DNA from: Podarcis tiliguerta
Lineage: Eukaryota
Assembly (NCBI GenBank): GCA_965153285.1
Contig: OZ229112.1
Reading direction: 5' to 3' (one strand)
DNA length: 64,000 bases
The notes beneath the pieces are model-generated. The model made no database searches, had not been told where the DNA came from, and worked only from the letters and a program-made list of their open reading frames with translations. Below are positions 45,601 through 58,169 of the stretch, piece by piece (positions within the stretch are counted from its first letter, which is position 1; each line of letters opens with the position of its first letter). Position numbers and translations under genes: made by a program.

Positions 45601-48600
45601 ATTTACACAACAAGCTGTCCCGGTTTCTGATTTGATTCTGGAATCTCTTACTTTCCCTTAGGACATCCCTATTTTCATCAGAGAAATGTGGAGGATATGG
45701 AGTTCTGCTGCCCGAAAGCCAAGGAGAGAAGTAACTATAAAGTTGTTTTTTAAAAAATGTTTAATTATGTTTTACTATGTTTTTACATATGTTGGAATCC
45801 ACCCAGAATGGCTGGGGCAACCCAGTCAGATGGGCAGGGATGATGATGATGATGATGATGATGAGATGTCCCTATGTTGGTGGATATGGAATGGCTGCCA
45901 TGAAAAACTCAGGAAGAATTATCCTCCCATCGTGTCCGTCCGTCCCCACCCGGAGTTTGCAGGCCTTTCTCTCCTCGATTATCTCACGCCTGGGAGCCTC
46001 CCAAGCGGCTCCCCCCTCCCCTGCAGAGCAGTATCACGTGGTCCCCTCCGCCCCCTCCCACCCACGGACGGCTGCTGCTGCTGCTCTTCTCTCCATCACT
46101 TGCCCCCGCAAAATCCCTTCTCCTTCTCCCGCCTCCCCCCGCAAAGACTGGCTCCCGCAGGCGGGAGAGAGAGAGAAAGGAGCCGTCGAGGGGCGCTGCG
46201 CCTCGTCTGAGCAGGGCCCCGATCCAGGGAGCGTAGCTCATGCAGTCCAGACATTGGGGGGGGGGGAGGCTTTTCCTTCTCGTCTATACGCACAAGCTGG
46301 AGCAAGAGACTCCATCGAGAACATGCGTGTCCGTGTTTCGAGCTTGTGTGAACGCGCGTGTTTTCCTTTCTGCGGCTCAGACGCCCCCTTGCTGAATTCA
46401 GGCCGACTAGACGGACCCTGGGCTGAGACAGGAACTCCAGAGCCGGGACTGGAGCCATTGGCGGGGCCGCCCTGCTGCTCTTCCGGGGCAACCCCCAGGA
46501 CATCGCAGCCGGTCTTGGAGGGAGGAAACCGCGCCGGGGTGGCGGGGTTCTCTCGCTCGGCCGGGAGGCGCAAGGAGTCCGTGGCGGAGCCCTCGAGGCT
46601 GTGGGAGGAACAGGAAGGGAGAAAGGGCGGGGATCCCGTCGAGGCCTCGAGAGGAAAACGCGATGGGGAGCGAGAGAGCGGTGCCCCCATCCCACTCGAA
46701 TTTGGGGCTGCCCCCAGCCAGGAAAAGCGAAGAGGGCGCAGGCAGACCAAAGGAAGCTTAGGGCACGCGGAAGCACGACCTCCGAAGGCCAGAAATGGGG
46801 GGGGGGCATAAAAAGAGCCTGGATCAGACCAACGGGCCCATTAACCCCAGTACCCTCTTCTCACAGTGGCCCCCCAGGTAAGAAGGGGAGGATGGGAAAC
46901 CCGCAAGCAGGACCCGGGCCCCAAAGCAGCGCTCTCCCGTCCTGGTGAAGCAGCAGCGGGTATTCAGAAGCAGCGCTGCCTCCAAGTCCAACCTCTCCTC
47001 CAACTTCTCCTCGCTCCAGACCCGGGATAAATGGGGCTGCCCTCTTCTGAGCCTTCTCCAACTCTGCAATATCCCTTTTGAGGGGAGGCAGCCAGAGCAG
47101 CACCCCAGTCTTCCCACTCGCCTTTTTCAGCACCTTGGGCTGGCGTCTTCACTGAACTCTCCTAGGACCCCAAAATGTGTGTGTGAGTGTGAAATCATCA
47201 TCATTTATTTTGTCCTGACATACATCATTTAACACTTGTTTCCACTGAAATGCATTTGGCATTTTAACGCCCACTCGCTTTGCTGGGAGAAATCCTTTTA
47301 GAGCTCTCCACAATCTCTTTTTGTTTTCAGGCCCCGGATAAATTCGGTATCCTCAGCGAAGGGAACATGCGCAGGTCCCGAGAGGATCCGGGACGACTCC
47401 CATTTCTCCATCCCTCCATTGTTCCTGCTCCCTGATCTACACGAGGAATACCCTCTTACTCCCTGACTGCTGAGCTTACTCAGGAGTCATGGGCCAGGTA
47501 GAGTGTTGAGATCCCACGTGCACTTGGTCAACTGGATCACCTCTATCAGCTTCTTGTCACTCCCAACCAATAGGTTGGTCCTTGCGAAAGCCCTGCTGAC
47601 TCAGCTTCAGCAGGGCTTGTTCTTCTGTTTGTGTGGTTATGTCATCTTTAACAACAGAATCCATCCCCTGCGCACTCCAAGCATCGCCCCATCCGCCCAC
47701 AAAAGACAGAAAGGCTCGGGATACCCAGAGAGATCAGGGAGGGAGAGGAGAGAAGGTAGAAATGTTTTCACCTCCTTCCTCATCCGCCTCCTTCCTGTTC
47801 AGCTATGTCACCCCACGACTTCCTCTTACTCAGTTTCCCTGTTGGAGGATATTTCACACTTTCCCCTGGATTTACTCACACTGAGGAAATTAGTTTAGGT
47901 ATACAAGAATTCTCGCTTTATGGTGGGAAATACTAACTTGACAGGAAAAACTCTCATTTTAACTAAGGAGAAGCAATGAGTCCGGCTCGCTCTTGCATCT
48001 CAGAGGCTGAGAGAGCCACCCTAGAGGTCTCCTCTCAGGATGGAGAAGGAGAACATGAGGCCAGAGACCGGAGGAGTATCGGTCTAGCACCTGATGGGAG
48101 GTCAGCACAAGTTAAAAGCCGGTCTCGGAAGCAGGGCAGTTCCCCTCGCAGCCCCATGGCAGCCCCGGTGCAAGGTGAGTCCTGTGCCCCAGGCGTTCCC
48201 ACAGGCAGCCAACCTCACAGGGCAGAATGTCAACATTCCCACACAAAATAGCAGCTCCAAGCGCGTTGGCTGAAACCGTGACAAGCAGGCATTCGCCAGG
48301 GGTTGCTCCCCCGTTGCCGCAACGCTTCCAGGGCTCCAGACAGGCTGGGCTGGATTCCAGGGGAGGCGGCCTCCCCCCCCCCCCGCAGCATCTCAGTCTC
48401 CAGACACCTGTCCTTGCCGTTGACCTCAGTGACCTTCAAGGCGCCTTTCCTTGGCCAGGCTGCTCTGGAGGACGGCGCGGGGTGGGGGAGCTGGGTTAGG
48501 GGCTGTCTGCACAGGGATGGGGAGCCTGCCCTCCACGTGTGCGCCCCCCCATCTCCTCAAATGCAAGCCCCGGAAAACGAGGCAGCCACGCTCCCCCAGC

Positions 48601-49910
48601 GCAGATTTCGCCAGCCCACCGCCCAGCTGTCCCTCCCTGGCACCCGACAGAGCCTTCTGGAGGCAGATGGGGCCACAGAAAACAAGCTGGCGCGTGCCAA
48701 GGAGGCAGGCTCGACGGCACAGGAAGCGCCTCGTGGGCTGGCAGAGAGGGCCAGGCATTCCCCACCCCCTCCTCGGGGGGCTCTTTCCAGCCACAGCTGC
48801 CCTGCTCCCCCCAAGATGCCACGGCATCACTAGCGGCTGACCGCCGGCCCGTCCATGAGGCGCCCTCTGGGCCTCCTCAGCGATGCTTGGAGAGCCTGTT
48901 TCTCCCCCTCGGGCAGTGAGGCTTGGCTGACTGGTTGCCCCCCGAGCGGGCCCTGGAGCTGCGAGGTTTCCAGCATGTTGCGCAGGGAAGGCGACCCCGA
49001 CGTGGGCCTTGGGGGGGGGGGGAAGAGAGGGGTTCTCCGACTGCTAACTCTATTGAGACTCCCTGCCTTTGGTGCAGCAGCCCAGACGTGACGAGTGAGG
49101 GAGGGGTGTCAATGCAGACGCCGCAAGGAAAGGCTCCTGTGGGCTCTCCGGGAGCAGGGAGCGCCCACCTCCGGCGTGGGGCGAGAGGGACCCCCGCCTC
49201 CCCCTCCCCCCCAGTAAGAACTGAAACGCTCGACACCGGCAGCAGAGCAAAGGCAGAAGCGAAAGATGCCCCGCAAGGAACTGGGAAGGAGACCCCCCAC
49301 CTCCACGATTCCCGCTCCCCCCCCCACTTTTGCGCCTCCCCCTCTCGCCGCTCACGTCCCACTGCCGTGGAATTCCCCAAGAGCCGTCGGGGGGGGGGGG
49401 GAGGAATCCAAGGATGCCCCGGAAGGAGGAGATGGAGGAGCGGCACAAGGGGACCCCCTCTAGCCGACCCCCTCGCAACAAACAGGAAATTCCCCAGAAA
49501 ATGCGGGGATTCCCGAGCAGGGGGAGGCAAGGCGGGGAACCTGCCGGGTGGGGGCCGGGGGGCTGGGCAGGGAGGGGAGGCGGCGGCGGGGGTCCCTGGC
49601 TGTCCGGGGAGTGCGGGCGACCAAACGCCACTTCGCTCGGCAGGAGCGTGGAAGATTAAAAACCTCAGGCCGCTTGTGCGGAAAAAGGCAGCCAGGGGCA
49701 ATCTCAGCGGGGTCTTCAAGTGGGTCGGGGGGCACCTGGCGGAGTCTCCGGAGGATCCCGGTGGAGGAGAGGAAGGGGCTTCTGCGCCGGGGAGGCGTGG
49801 GGACCCCCTTACCTCTTGAGGCGGACGCTGCTGGAGCTGCTGCCACTGCGGCTGCCCACCAGGCGAGCGCTCTCCGAGGGGTCCCTGCCGTCCCCCGAGG
49901 GGGGCTCCAT
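36656..49910 (-). CDS. SLC30A3: Zinc transporter ZnT3 (CDF family), 8 coding exons, ~402 aa
   Basis: Exons (minus strand): 49813-49910, 43254-43468, 41970-42116, 40554-40707, 39413-39620, 38563-38668, 37822-37956, 36656-36801. Total 1209 nt. Zinc-site motifs [12 protein letters not shown] and FVHVVGD; His loop PHSHG. The N-terminus MEPPS...RLV...[22 protein letters not shown] and [10 protein letters not shown] favour ZnT3 over ZnT2/ZnT8. Synteny with GTF3C2 agrees. Confidence 0.9.
39687..39989. mobile_element. Putative MITE (related copy at ~45580-45720)
   Basis: Inverted termini CAGACCCTCCAA / TTGGAGGGTATG. The internal segments TTTCTGATTTGAT and TCCCTATTTTCATCAGAGAAATG recur at 45620-45690. 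Confidence 0.5.
40060..40378 (+). mobile_element. CR1 LINE 3' fragment
   Basis: Homologous to the 3' end of the long CR1 (AGGAAGAACTTTCTGACAGT...GGTTGGACTAGATGACC...CCAACTCTACCATTCTGTG). Similar pieces at ~2130-2410 and ~43775-44100. Confidence 0.75.
44104..44553 (+). mobile_element. BovB (RTE-clade LINE) 3' fragment inserted at a CR1 tail
   Basis: [25 protein letters not shown]...CWRRL...[16 protein letters not shown] is the RTE/BovB C-terminus. (CAA)n tail. TSD ATGATATC at 44090-44097 and 44554-44561. Confidence 0.9.
45839..45862. repeat. (GAT)n microsatellite at an L2 tail
   Basis: About 8 GAT units seen directly. Confidence 0.85.
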
Positions 49911-52000
49911 CGCGTCCAGAAAAGGAGAAACCCCTGGCTGCGGCGCTCTGGGCCTCGGCCTCAGGCAGAGGCGCGCCGGGCACTCTCCATGTGCTCTCAG
50001 GAGACTCCGCGTCCTGTTGCTGCAGCCGCCGCTGCCGGCGCCGTCGAGAGATCCAAGCAGAGGCAACCCCCGGTGGGCGGGCAGGCGGAGGAGGCCCCGC
50101 CCCTTGCCACAGGCCCCGCCCCCTGCGGGCAGCGGGAAGATGCGCCTTCAGACGCCCCTGCCTCGCCTCTTCACTGCCGCGCCGTCGTGGCGCCCGGGAA
50201 GGAGGCAGGCGCAGCGCCGAGCGCAGGAGATGCCCGATTGCGCCGGGCCTCCCGAGACGCTGCTCCCTGCTGCTTCGCCTGGACCCCCGGAGGTGGGAAG
50301 GCGCCTTGGCGGTCCTCTGGTTCGGCGCTCCGTTGTGGCTGGGCGTCGAACCGGGGAGAGCTCGCCAGGCCCGAGGGGGTGGCCCGCAGCTCGGCTCGGG
50401 GTGGGAGGCCAGGAAAGGCTCCCCGGCCCAGCCAAGAAGAAGGGGCCGGACCGCAGCCCCCGTCCGCCGGCGGGGCGGAGGTGCGGGAAGAGACCGGCGG
50501 GAGACGCCGAGCGAGGCGGTTCCGCCTGGACGGGCGCGCGGGAGGCGCCGCGGGGCTGAGTCGGAGCGCTTTCTTCGCCTCGCAGGATCGATATTGATGG
50601 CTGTCCAATGAAACGGTGATGGAGGTGATGATGGGGGCCCAAAGAAAAGGGTCTCTCCTCCCAAGGGGACAGGCAGGAACCATAGGCGATCTTCTGCCGG
50701 AGAAGGGATCTCAGGAGAGCCCCGCGGCAGATCCATTGTGTGGCAGGCGGGATTGCTCCCTCCAGCGCAGGGGGAAGAGGCAGCCGGATTTGGGCCTAAG
50801 TCGGTCCCCCAATCCGGGGCCCGGCAGCCCCCCCCCCCGCACAATGACCCCCCAGCAGAGAGTCTCGGCCCGTGGACCGGCGGTGCCCACCAGGCTCCCC
50901 CACTTTCTTCCTATCCTACCCGACAAGGAGGCGGCGGCTGCCTAGATCCAGGCACAGCTTGGGTCGTTTTCGCTCGATCCCCGGCGCGCTTCTTCCCGCC
51001 CAGGAAACGGAGCCTGCTCTGCCCTCTTCCAGGGGTTTCGCGGCGGGAGAAGCCGAGCCAGCCTCGCCCCTCTCCTCCCGAGGGGGCTCCGAGGTTGGAA
51101 AAATGCGACCGCCCGTCCGAATCCATTTCTCCCGGGCCAAACCCTCTGCGCGGCCCAATTTCGTTTCTTTGTTTTTCTCTGTGAGGCGTCAGGGAAGCCG
51201 GAGGGCGGAAGGGATGGGAGACCGCAGGGGAGGCGCACACCTGAAGCCCCTCACCGGGAGGGGGCAAAAGAAATCTGCAGTCCAGAGCCCGGGCGGGCGG
51301 GGGGGCAATGCGGCTGCCCCCCAAATCTCCCCGTCCATCTTGAGGCTCCGCAGAAATGAGGACGCCTCTCGACATCTTTCCGTGGGGCTCGGGGGACGGG
51401 GCGGGGAGGCGGACTTTTCTAAGGGGGCGACTGGATTTTTTATTGGAACCGGCTTTGGGGTTTTGCCCAGGAGGGGCGAACGAAGCGCCTCCTTCCCGAC
51501 TTTCCTTTATGGGGCCCGTGTGCGTTTTGCTCCAAAGAGGCGACCCCGAAGGAGGCCTATGCGCCGCGGGACGTTTTTACCGGCGCCGTTGGCCGGCTGG
51601 ACGCCTTCCTGGAGAAGAAAGGCCGCGGGGAAAAGCCCCGAGAGGCGGGTTCCCGGCGCTGCTAGACGGTGCCGCGGACTCCGAGCCTCCTTTCCAGTTC
51701 GCTGCGGGGAAAGCCGCTGCGGCGCCCCGCAGGACGCAAAGGAAAGAAGGTGGGGGGCTGCGAACCGGTGCCCAGGCCCTGGCGGGGGTCTCTCTCTCCG
51801 CCCCTCCGTCGGGAGACCTGGCAGTCCTGCATTCCGGAGGAGGAGCAGGGCAGGAAGGACGGGTCGCCTCTGCCGGTGGGCAGAGAGAGGCGGAGGGCGG
51901 CCCTTGCCTTTGTCTTCTGAAGCCGTAATGTCCCTGATTTAAAAACAAAAGTCCGCTCGCCACGGGAAACAGTCCTTGTCGTAAATGAAAACACCAGTTG
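49100..52000 (-). promoter_or_regulatory. SLC30A3 CpG-island promoter region
   Basis: CpG-dense block spanning coding exon 1 (ATG at 49910) and ~2 kb upstream, with GC boxes. Confidence 0.7.
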
Positions 52001-52884
52001 GTGTTCAACATTATTTTTTGTTGGGGTGCCACACCCGTGGAGCGAGACTCCGAGCGGCCGTGTGGGGCTTGCTTGGCGTTGCCCCCAGTTACATTTTCCC
52101 CCATCTCGACCCTCGGATAATGCGCTTGAGGTTTACCTGCGAAGGTGACGCAACGGATGGGAAGCTGGTCCCTGGTGCCCTTCATAATCGACACCCCCCC
52201 CCTTTATCTCACACAAACCTTCTCACCTTCAAGCCCCTTCGCTTCTCTGTAGGCAACGAGATCAATGCGCATCGCTATTAACATTTTGGTTTTGCTTTAC
52301 AGATTTTGTAAAAGGCTCTTTAAACAGTCGAGCGGTATATAAATCTTAGGAAATCAATAAGAGGGGTTTCCAAATGCGAGGAGACGGGGAGAGATGCTTC
52401 TCCGCGGGCCGCGGAAGTGGGAAGAGCCGGCACCCGGCGCAGGAACCCGAAAGGGAGGGGACTCTCCTACCGCCCCCCAGATTCTTCCCGAAGTCTCCTG
52501 GCTGCTGCTCCGCCTTTTTATTCGGAGTTGATAGTATTAATATTTCCAGATGGGAAGTAACCATTTCTATTTGGCTGAAGCGTCGTCTATTAAGAATATC
52601 CAGGGATCCAATGTATCTGTGGAGTTTTTCATTGATGCTGAAAAACAATAAAATTCGATTATATCTAGATATCTCTATCGAGTGATTCTGTCGTCCCAGT
52701 CGCGAGTCTCCGGTCTTTGAGTCCCTGGCCGGACGCCCGCTCTCGGAGGGCTCCTCTCCAGATCCAAACCCAGCAACATGGGGGCATCTGCCCGCCCCAG
52801 CAAGTAAAACAATAGAAATACTTAACTAACTGACCAATCAAACCGGTCCTGCTCCGCCTAACAAAAATCCTGGCTACACGCTTT

Positions 52885-53480
52885 CTTACAGTTTGATCTG
52901 ATAAACTCCTATCATGTCGCCTCTGACACCGCTTTTCCCTAAGCTAAAAAGTCCCAAACGCGGCAAATCTCTCCATGATCCCCTGGAACATTTTGATTGC
53001 TCTTTTGTGAGTTTTCCGGGTCTCCGATATCCTCTCTGAAGCGAAGCGACCAGAACCGCCCACAGCACCCCAACGTGTCCACACCATAAACTGGTATAAA
53101 CGACATTGTTAGCACAATATCCGATTTCCAATTGCTTTCCTCGTGATCCCCAGCAGCGCGCTGGCCTTTTTCACCGCTGCTAAGCAAGTGTCTTTCCTCT
53201 CCACCCACCGCCAGGTCAGACTCTGCAGAGGTGAAATTAAGCATATTAAATTTAATTAAAAAATTTTTTTACTCCGACATGCATCACTTTACACTTGTTT
53301 ATACTGAATTGCTTTGGACTTTTTAACGCCCGTTCGCTCAGTTTGGAAAGGTCTTTCGGAGCTCTTTATTTCAGGACCCTGAACAATCTGGTAATTTCAG
53401 CAACGTTAAAATGCGCAGGTTCCTATAGCGTTGCCCTTTCTCCATCGCATTCTCCATTTATTTCTGCTCCCTTGTTCCTG
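52885..53480 (-). mobile_element. Old degenerate CR1 ORF2 fragment (similar piece at ~47030-47480)
   Basis: Minus translation RLGLFSLGKSGVRGDMIGVYQI resembles ELGMFSLEKRRLRGDMIAMFK of the young CR1. Confidence 0.6.
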
Positions 53481-54646
53481 CGACTTAACCCATTCCTGGC
53501 CCGCACGACGAGGAGCTCTCCCCTGAGCTTGCCGGGGGGGGGGGCACTTTAAGGAGACGCCCACGCGCTGCAAAGGGAGCCGTGTTTCGGGCGGCTTTCT
53601 TTGTGACGGGAGAGTCTAAAGCCGCCGCCGAACTGCAATCCTGTCAGTGGACCACCTCACAGGGCTGTCCCGGGGCAAGATTTCCCAGCCACATACCCTC
53701 AACCTGCCATTTCTCCCAGCCGGCAATATCCCTCCTGCGCTTCGCCAACGCGTAAAACCAAAATGCAGACCAAGAAAAAGGCAATAGAAATCGTTTCATT
53801 ATATACTTACCTGTATGCACACTTTGCCTTCACAACAACCTTGCGAGGTAGGCGAGGGTAAGGCCTCCTTCGGCCACGAAGCAGGCGCCCCCTCGCGAAA
53901 GAGGAAGGGAGAGAGAGGAATGGCCCAAAAGAGAAAGGGGGGGGTCTCTGCCCCCGTCCAGGGGTGATGCCTGGTGCAAAAGACAGCTTGTTCCCCCACC
54001 AAAAAGTATCCATTTACAAACCACCTGATCAAAGATGAAACATTATGATAAGAAATTCAATTAAATGTGATGCACGCTTCCAGAGAAAAACACCAAAACT
54101 AACCAAAAAGAAATGATCGTACAATGAAGTTATGCTACATAATACATACCAAATGCATCAATATACATGGATACATGACGATACCTGCCTTTTATTTATC
54201 TAGATGCGGTTTTGTTTTAATTGGTTTTAGTCTTTCTGTGGTATCCGCGCGTCGCTCTGAGTCATTTCCACAAGTAAAGTCACGAAGACATGTAAATAAT
54301 AATAATACTAATAACAACAGAAACTATACATGAGATATACATGCTATATTATAAGGATCCCATATGACGGTTTAAGGAGATCCCAGGGTTTGGCGGGCCC
54401 TCTGGCACCGCACACCCGAGAGGGCCGCCAGATCCGCCCCCCCCCCCAGCCTTGGAGCAGGGGATCGCTGTGCGTCAGCGCCCGGCAGAACTAGAAGGTC
54501 GTGCGGGAGATACAAGGAAGTGAGCGAGTAGCGGAGAGGGGCCACCGCCAAGAAGGCCTTGCTGCGAGGCGGAGACAGCCTTCCTTCCATGGCGGGAAGC
54601 AGCGTCGCCCCACAAAGGAACAAAGAAGTCAAATGCAAGGCAGACT

Positions 54647-57490
54647 TCATAGAATCCTAGAGTTGGAAGAGGCCACAAGGGCCATCGAGTCCAACCCCCT
54701 GCCAAGCAGGAAACACCATCAGAGCACTCCTGACATATGGTTGTCAAGCCTCTGCTTAAAGACCTCCAAAGAAGGAGACTCCACCACACTCCTTGGCAGC
54801 AAATTCCACTGTCGAACAGCTCCCACTGTCAGGAAGTTCTTCCTAATGTTTAGGTGGAATCTTCTTTCTTGTAGTTTGGATTCATTGCTCCATGTCCACT
54901 TCTCTGGAGCAGCTGAAAACAACCTTTCTCCCTCCTCTATGTGACATCCTTTTATATATTTGAACATGGCTATCATATCACCCCTTAACCTCCTCTTCTC
55001 CAGGCTAAACATGCCCAGCTCCCTTAGCCGTTCCTCATAAGGCATCGTCTCCAGGCCTTTGACCATTTTGGTTGCCCTCCTCTGGACACGTTCCAGTTTG
55101 TCAGTGTCCTTCTTGAACTGTGGTGCCCAGAACTGGACACAGTACTCCAGGTGAGGTCTGACCAGAGCACAATACAGTGGCACTATTACTTCCCTTGATC
55201 TAGATGCTATACTCCTATTGATGCAGCCCAGCATTGCATTGGCTTTTTTAGCTGCCGCGTCACACTGTTGGCTCATGTCAAGTTTGTGGTCAACCAAGAC
55301 TCCTAGATCCTTTTCACATGTACTGCTCTCAAGCCAGGTGTCACCCATCTTGTATTTGTGCCTCTCATTTTTTTTTGCCCAAGTGCAATACTTTACATTT
55401 CTCCCTGTTAAAATTCATCCTGTTTGTTTTGGCCCAGTTCTCTAATCTGTCAAGGTCATTTTGAAGTGTGATCCTGTCCTCTGGGGTGTTAGCCACCCCT
55501 CCCAGTTTGGTGTCATCTGCAAATTTGATCAGGATGCCCTTGAGTCCATCACCCAAGTCGTTGATAAAGATGTTGAATAAGACCGGGCCCAAGACAGAAC
55601 CCTGTGGCACCCCACTAGTCACTCTTCTCCAGGATGAAGAGGAACCATTGATGAGCACCCTTTGGGTTTGGTCAGTCAGCCAGTTACAAATCCACTGAGT
55701 GGTAGCATAGTCAAGACCACATTTTACCAGCTTATTTCCAAGAATATCATGGGGCACCTTGTCGAATGCCTTGCTAAAATCAAGGTAGGCTACATCCACT
55801 GCGTTCCCTTCATCTACCAGGCTTGTAATTCTGTCAAAAAACGAGATCAGGTTAGTCTGACATGACTTATTTTTCAGAAATCCATGCTGACTATTGGTGA
55901 TCACAGCATTCCTTTCTAGGTGCTCACAGACTGTTCGCTTAATGATCTGGTCCAGATTCTTCCCTGGTATTGATGTCGGACTGACTGGGTGATAATTATT
56001 TGGGTCCTCTCTTTCCCCCTTTTTAAAAATAGGGACAACATTTGCCCTCCTCCAGTCTGCCGGGACTTCGCCTGTTCTCCAGGAATTCTCAAAGATGACT
56101 GCCAGTGGTTCTGAGATCACATCTGCCAGTTCTTTTAATACTCTTTGATGCAGTTCGTCTGGCCCTGGAGACTTGAATACATCTAAACTAGCCAAGTATT
56201 CTTGTACTATCTCCTTAGTTATTCTGGGCTGTGTTTCCTCTGCTGAATCATTTGCTCCAAAGTCTTCAGGTCGGGCATTGTTTTCTTTATCGGAGAAGAC
56301 TGAGGCAAAGAAGGCATTGAGGAGTTCAGCCCTTTCTGTGTCCTCTGTTTGCATTTCACCATCTTCTCCTCTGAGTGACCCCACTGTTTCTTTGTTCTTC
56401 CTTTTGCTACGAACATACCCATAGAAGCCTTTTTTGTTGCTTTTAACCTCTCTAGCAAGCCTGAGTTCATTCTGTGCTTTAGCTTTTCTGACTTTGTGTC
56501 TACACGTGCTGGCTATTTGTTTGAATTCCTCTTTGGTGGTTTCCCCCCTTTTCCATTTTTTGTACACATCCTTTTTTAATCTTAACTCAGTTAAAAGTTC
56601 TTTAGATAGCCACCCTGGCTTCTTTAGGCACCTTCCATGTTTCCGCCTCATTGGTATTGCCTGAAGTTGTGCTTTTACTATCTCCCTCTTAACAAACTCC
56701 CAGCCATCATGAACTCCCTTTCCTTTTAGTATTACTGTCCATGGGATCTCACCCAGCACTTCCCTAAGTTTTATGAAGTCGGCTTTCTTAAAGTCAAGAA
56801 ATTGAGTCCTAGTATGCTTGGCTGCTCCTTTCCGCTGTATAGTAAACTTCAGAAGAGCATGATCACTCGCGCCTAATGATCCTTCCACTTCTACCCCACT
56901 AACCAGGTCATCAACATTGGTTAGGACCAGATCTAAAATGGCTGTTCCTCTTGTTGCTTCTCCCACTTTCTGGACAATGAAGTTGTCTGCAAGGCCAGTG
57001 AGGAATCTGTTTGACCTTATGCTCTTGGCTGAGTTTGACACCCAACAAATATCCGGGTAATTGAAGTGCCCCATTACTACTATCTCCCTTCCTTTTGCAT
57101 GCTTGGCCATCTGTTCCAGGAAGGCATCATCTATGTCCTCCATTTGGCTTGGGGATCTATAGTAAACTCCCACAATGAGGTCACTGTTATTCTTCTCTCC
57201 CTTAATTTTGGCTTTGAGGTTCTAAATCTTGGATCTCTTCACAGGTATACACATCCCTGACATATAACACCACTCCTCCTCCTTTCTTGTCTGGTCTGTT
57301 TCTCTGAAATAGATTGTATCCCTCCATTATTACATTCCAATTGTGGGACTTATCCCACCAGGTTTCAGTGATGCCTATTATGTCATATTTAGTTTGCTGT
57401 ACCAAGAGCTCAAGCTCATCTTGTTTATTTCCCATGCTTCGCGCATTAGTGTACAGACATTGAAGTCCATTAATCATTCCCCCGTGTCTG
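54647..57490 (-). mobile_element. CR1 LINE, 5'-truncated, with essentially complete ORF2 (APE endonuclease + RT) broken by two frameshifts
   Basis: ORFs 57202-57477 (LYTNARSMGNK, IGITETWW), 55365-57173 ([37 protein letters not shown]) and 54719-55348 (EKDLGVLVD, RPHLEYCVQFW, WNLLP). The 3' UTR ends GGATTCTATG. Confidence 0.95.
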
Positions 57491-57758
57491 ATTAGGGAGA
57501 GCAGCTAATCAGCCACAAAGAAACACACTTCCTGGGCGCGCCTTGAAACAGGAGCCTCGCCCAGTGCCGAGCACTTTTTTTTTGGGGGGGGGTGTAAGCA
57601 GGAGACCGATTTTCCTCCCCTGGGTTGGGAATCGCAGGGAGGGGCTCCTCTCTCGGCACCTTCCTTCCTTCCTTCCTTCCTTTTATGTCCTTGGAGCTGG
57701 AGGTGGTGCACATGGTTCCCCCTCTCCTTAATTAATCCCTACAACGGCCCTGTGAAGA

Positions 57759-57789
<31 letters not shown>
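57759..57789. repeat. (ATT)n microsatellite
   Basis: About 10 ATT units seen directly. Confidence 0.9.
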
Positions 57790-57791
<2 letters not shown>

Positions 57792-57884
57792 TTTCTATGC
57801 CGCCCTTGCGGTATAACATGCATTCCATGATAACCAACAAAAGTTGGTTCTCCGCCTGGGCAGTTTCAATGGCCAGGTTTCTCT

Positions 57885-58150
57885 CTCAGTGAGTGGGGAT
57901 TCGAACCCTGATCTCTCAGATCCTCACCCTCATTTCATCCTCGCAGCCCCCCTGCAAAGGGAGGTCAGGCTGAGAGGCAAGACGAGGACGGGCCCGGGAG
58001 CTTTTCTGTTGTAAGTCGCCCTGGGATCTTTGATGGAAAGGCGGCATACAAATTAAATCAATAAGAGAAGATCAATAACGGCCGAGTGGGGGGGATTCGA
58101 ACCCTGATTTCCCCAGAGCCAATACCGGCACTCTAACCATTAGGCCACAC
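57885..58150 (-). mobile_element. tRNA-derived SINE heads with consensus B-boxes
   Basis: GGTTCGAATCC on the minus strand at 57897-57907 and 58093-58103. A-box-like GTGGCCTAATGG at ~58137-58148. Confidence 0.65.
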
Positions 58151-58169
58151 TCCCCCCCCCCCCCAGCCC

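Noticed and set aside
45777-46811. 344-aa ORF with a poly-Met run
   Set aside because: The poly-Met is a (GAT)n microsatellite at an L2 tail. The rest is GC-rich intron with no recognisable domain.
47126-47146. Possible REST/RE1 site in SLC30A3 intron 1 (TTCAGCACCTTGGGCTGG)
   Set aside because: The right half-site mismatches GGACAG, and it lies within an apparent decayed CR1 fragment.
47504-48235. Possible solo LTR (TGTTGA...TCAACA)
   Set aside because: No matching target-site duplication found.
48877-51942. 655-aa, 349-aa and 356-aa ORFs
   Set aside because: Stop-poor GC-rich SLC30A3 promoter island. Only 49813-49910 has homology support.
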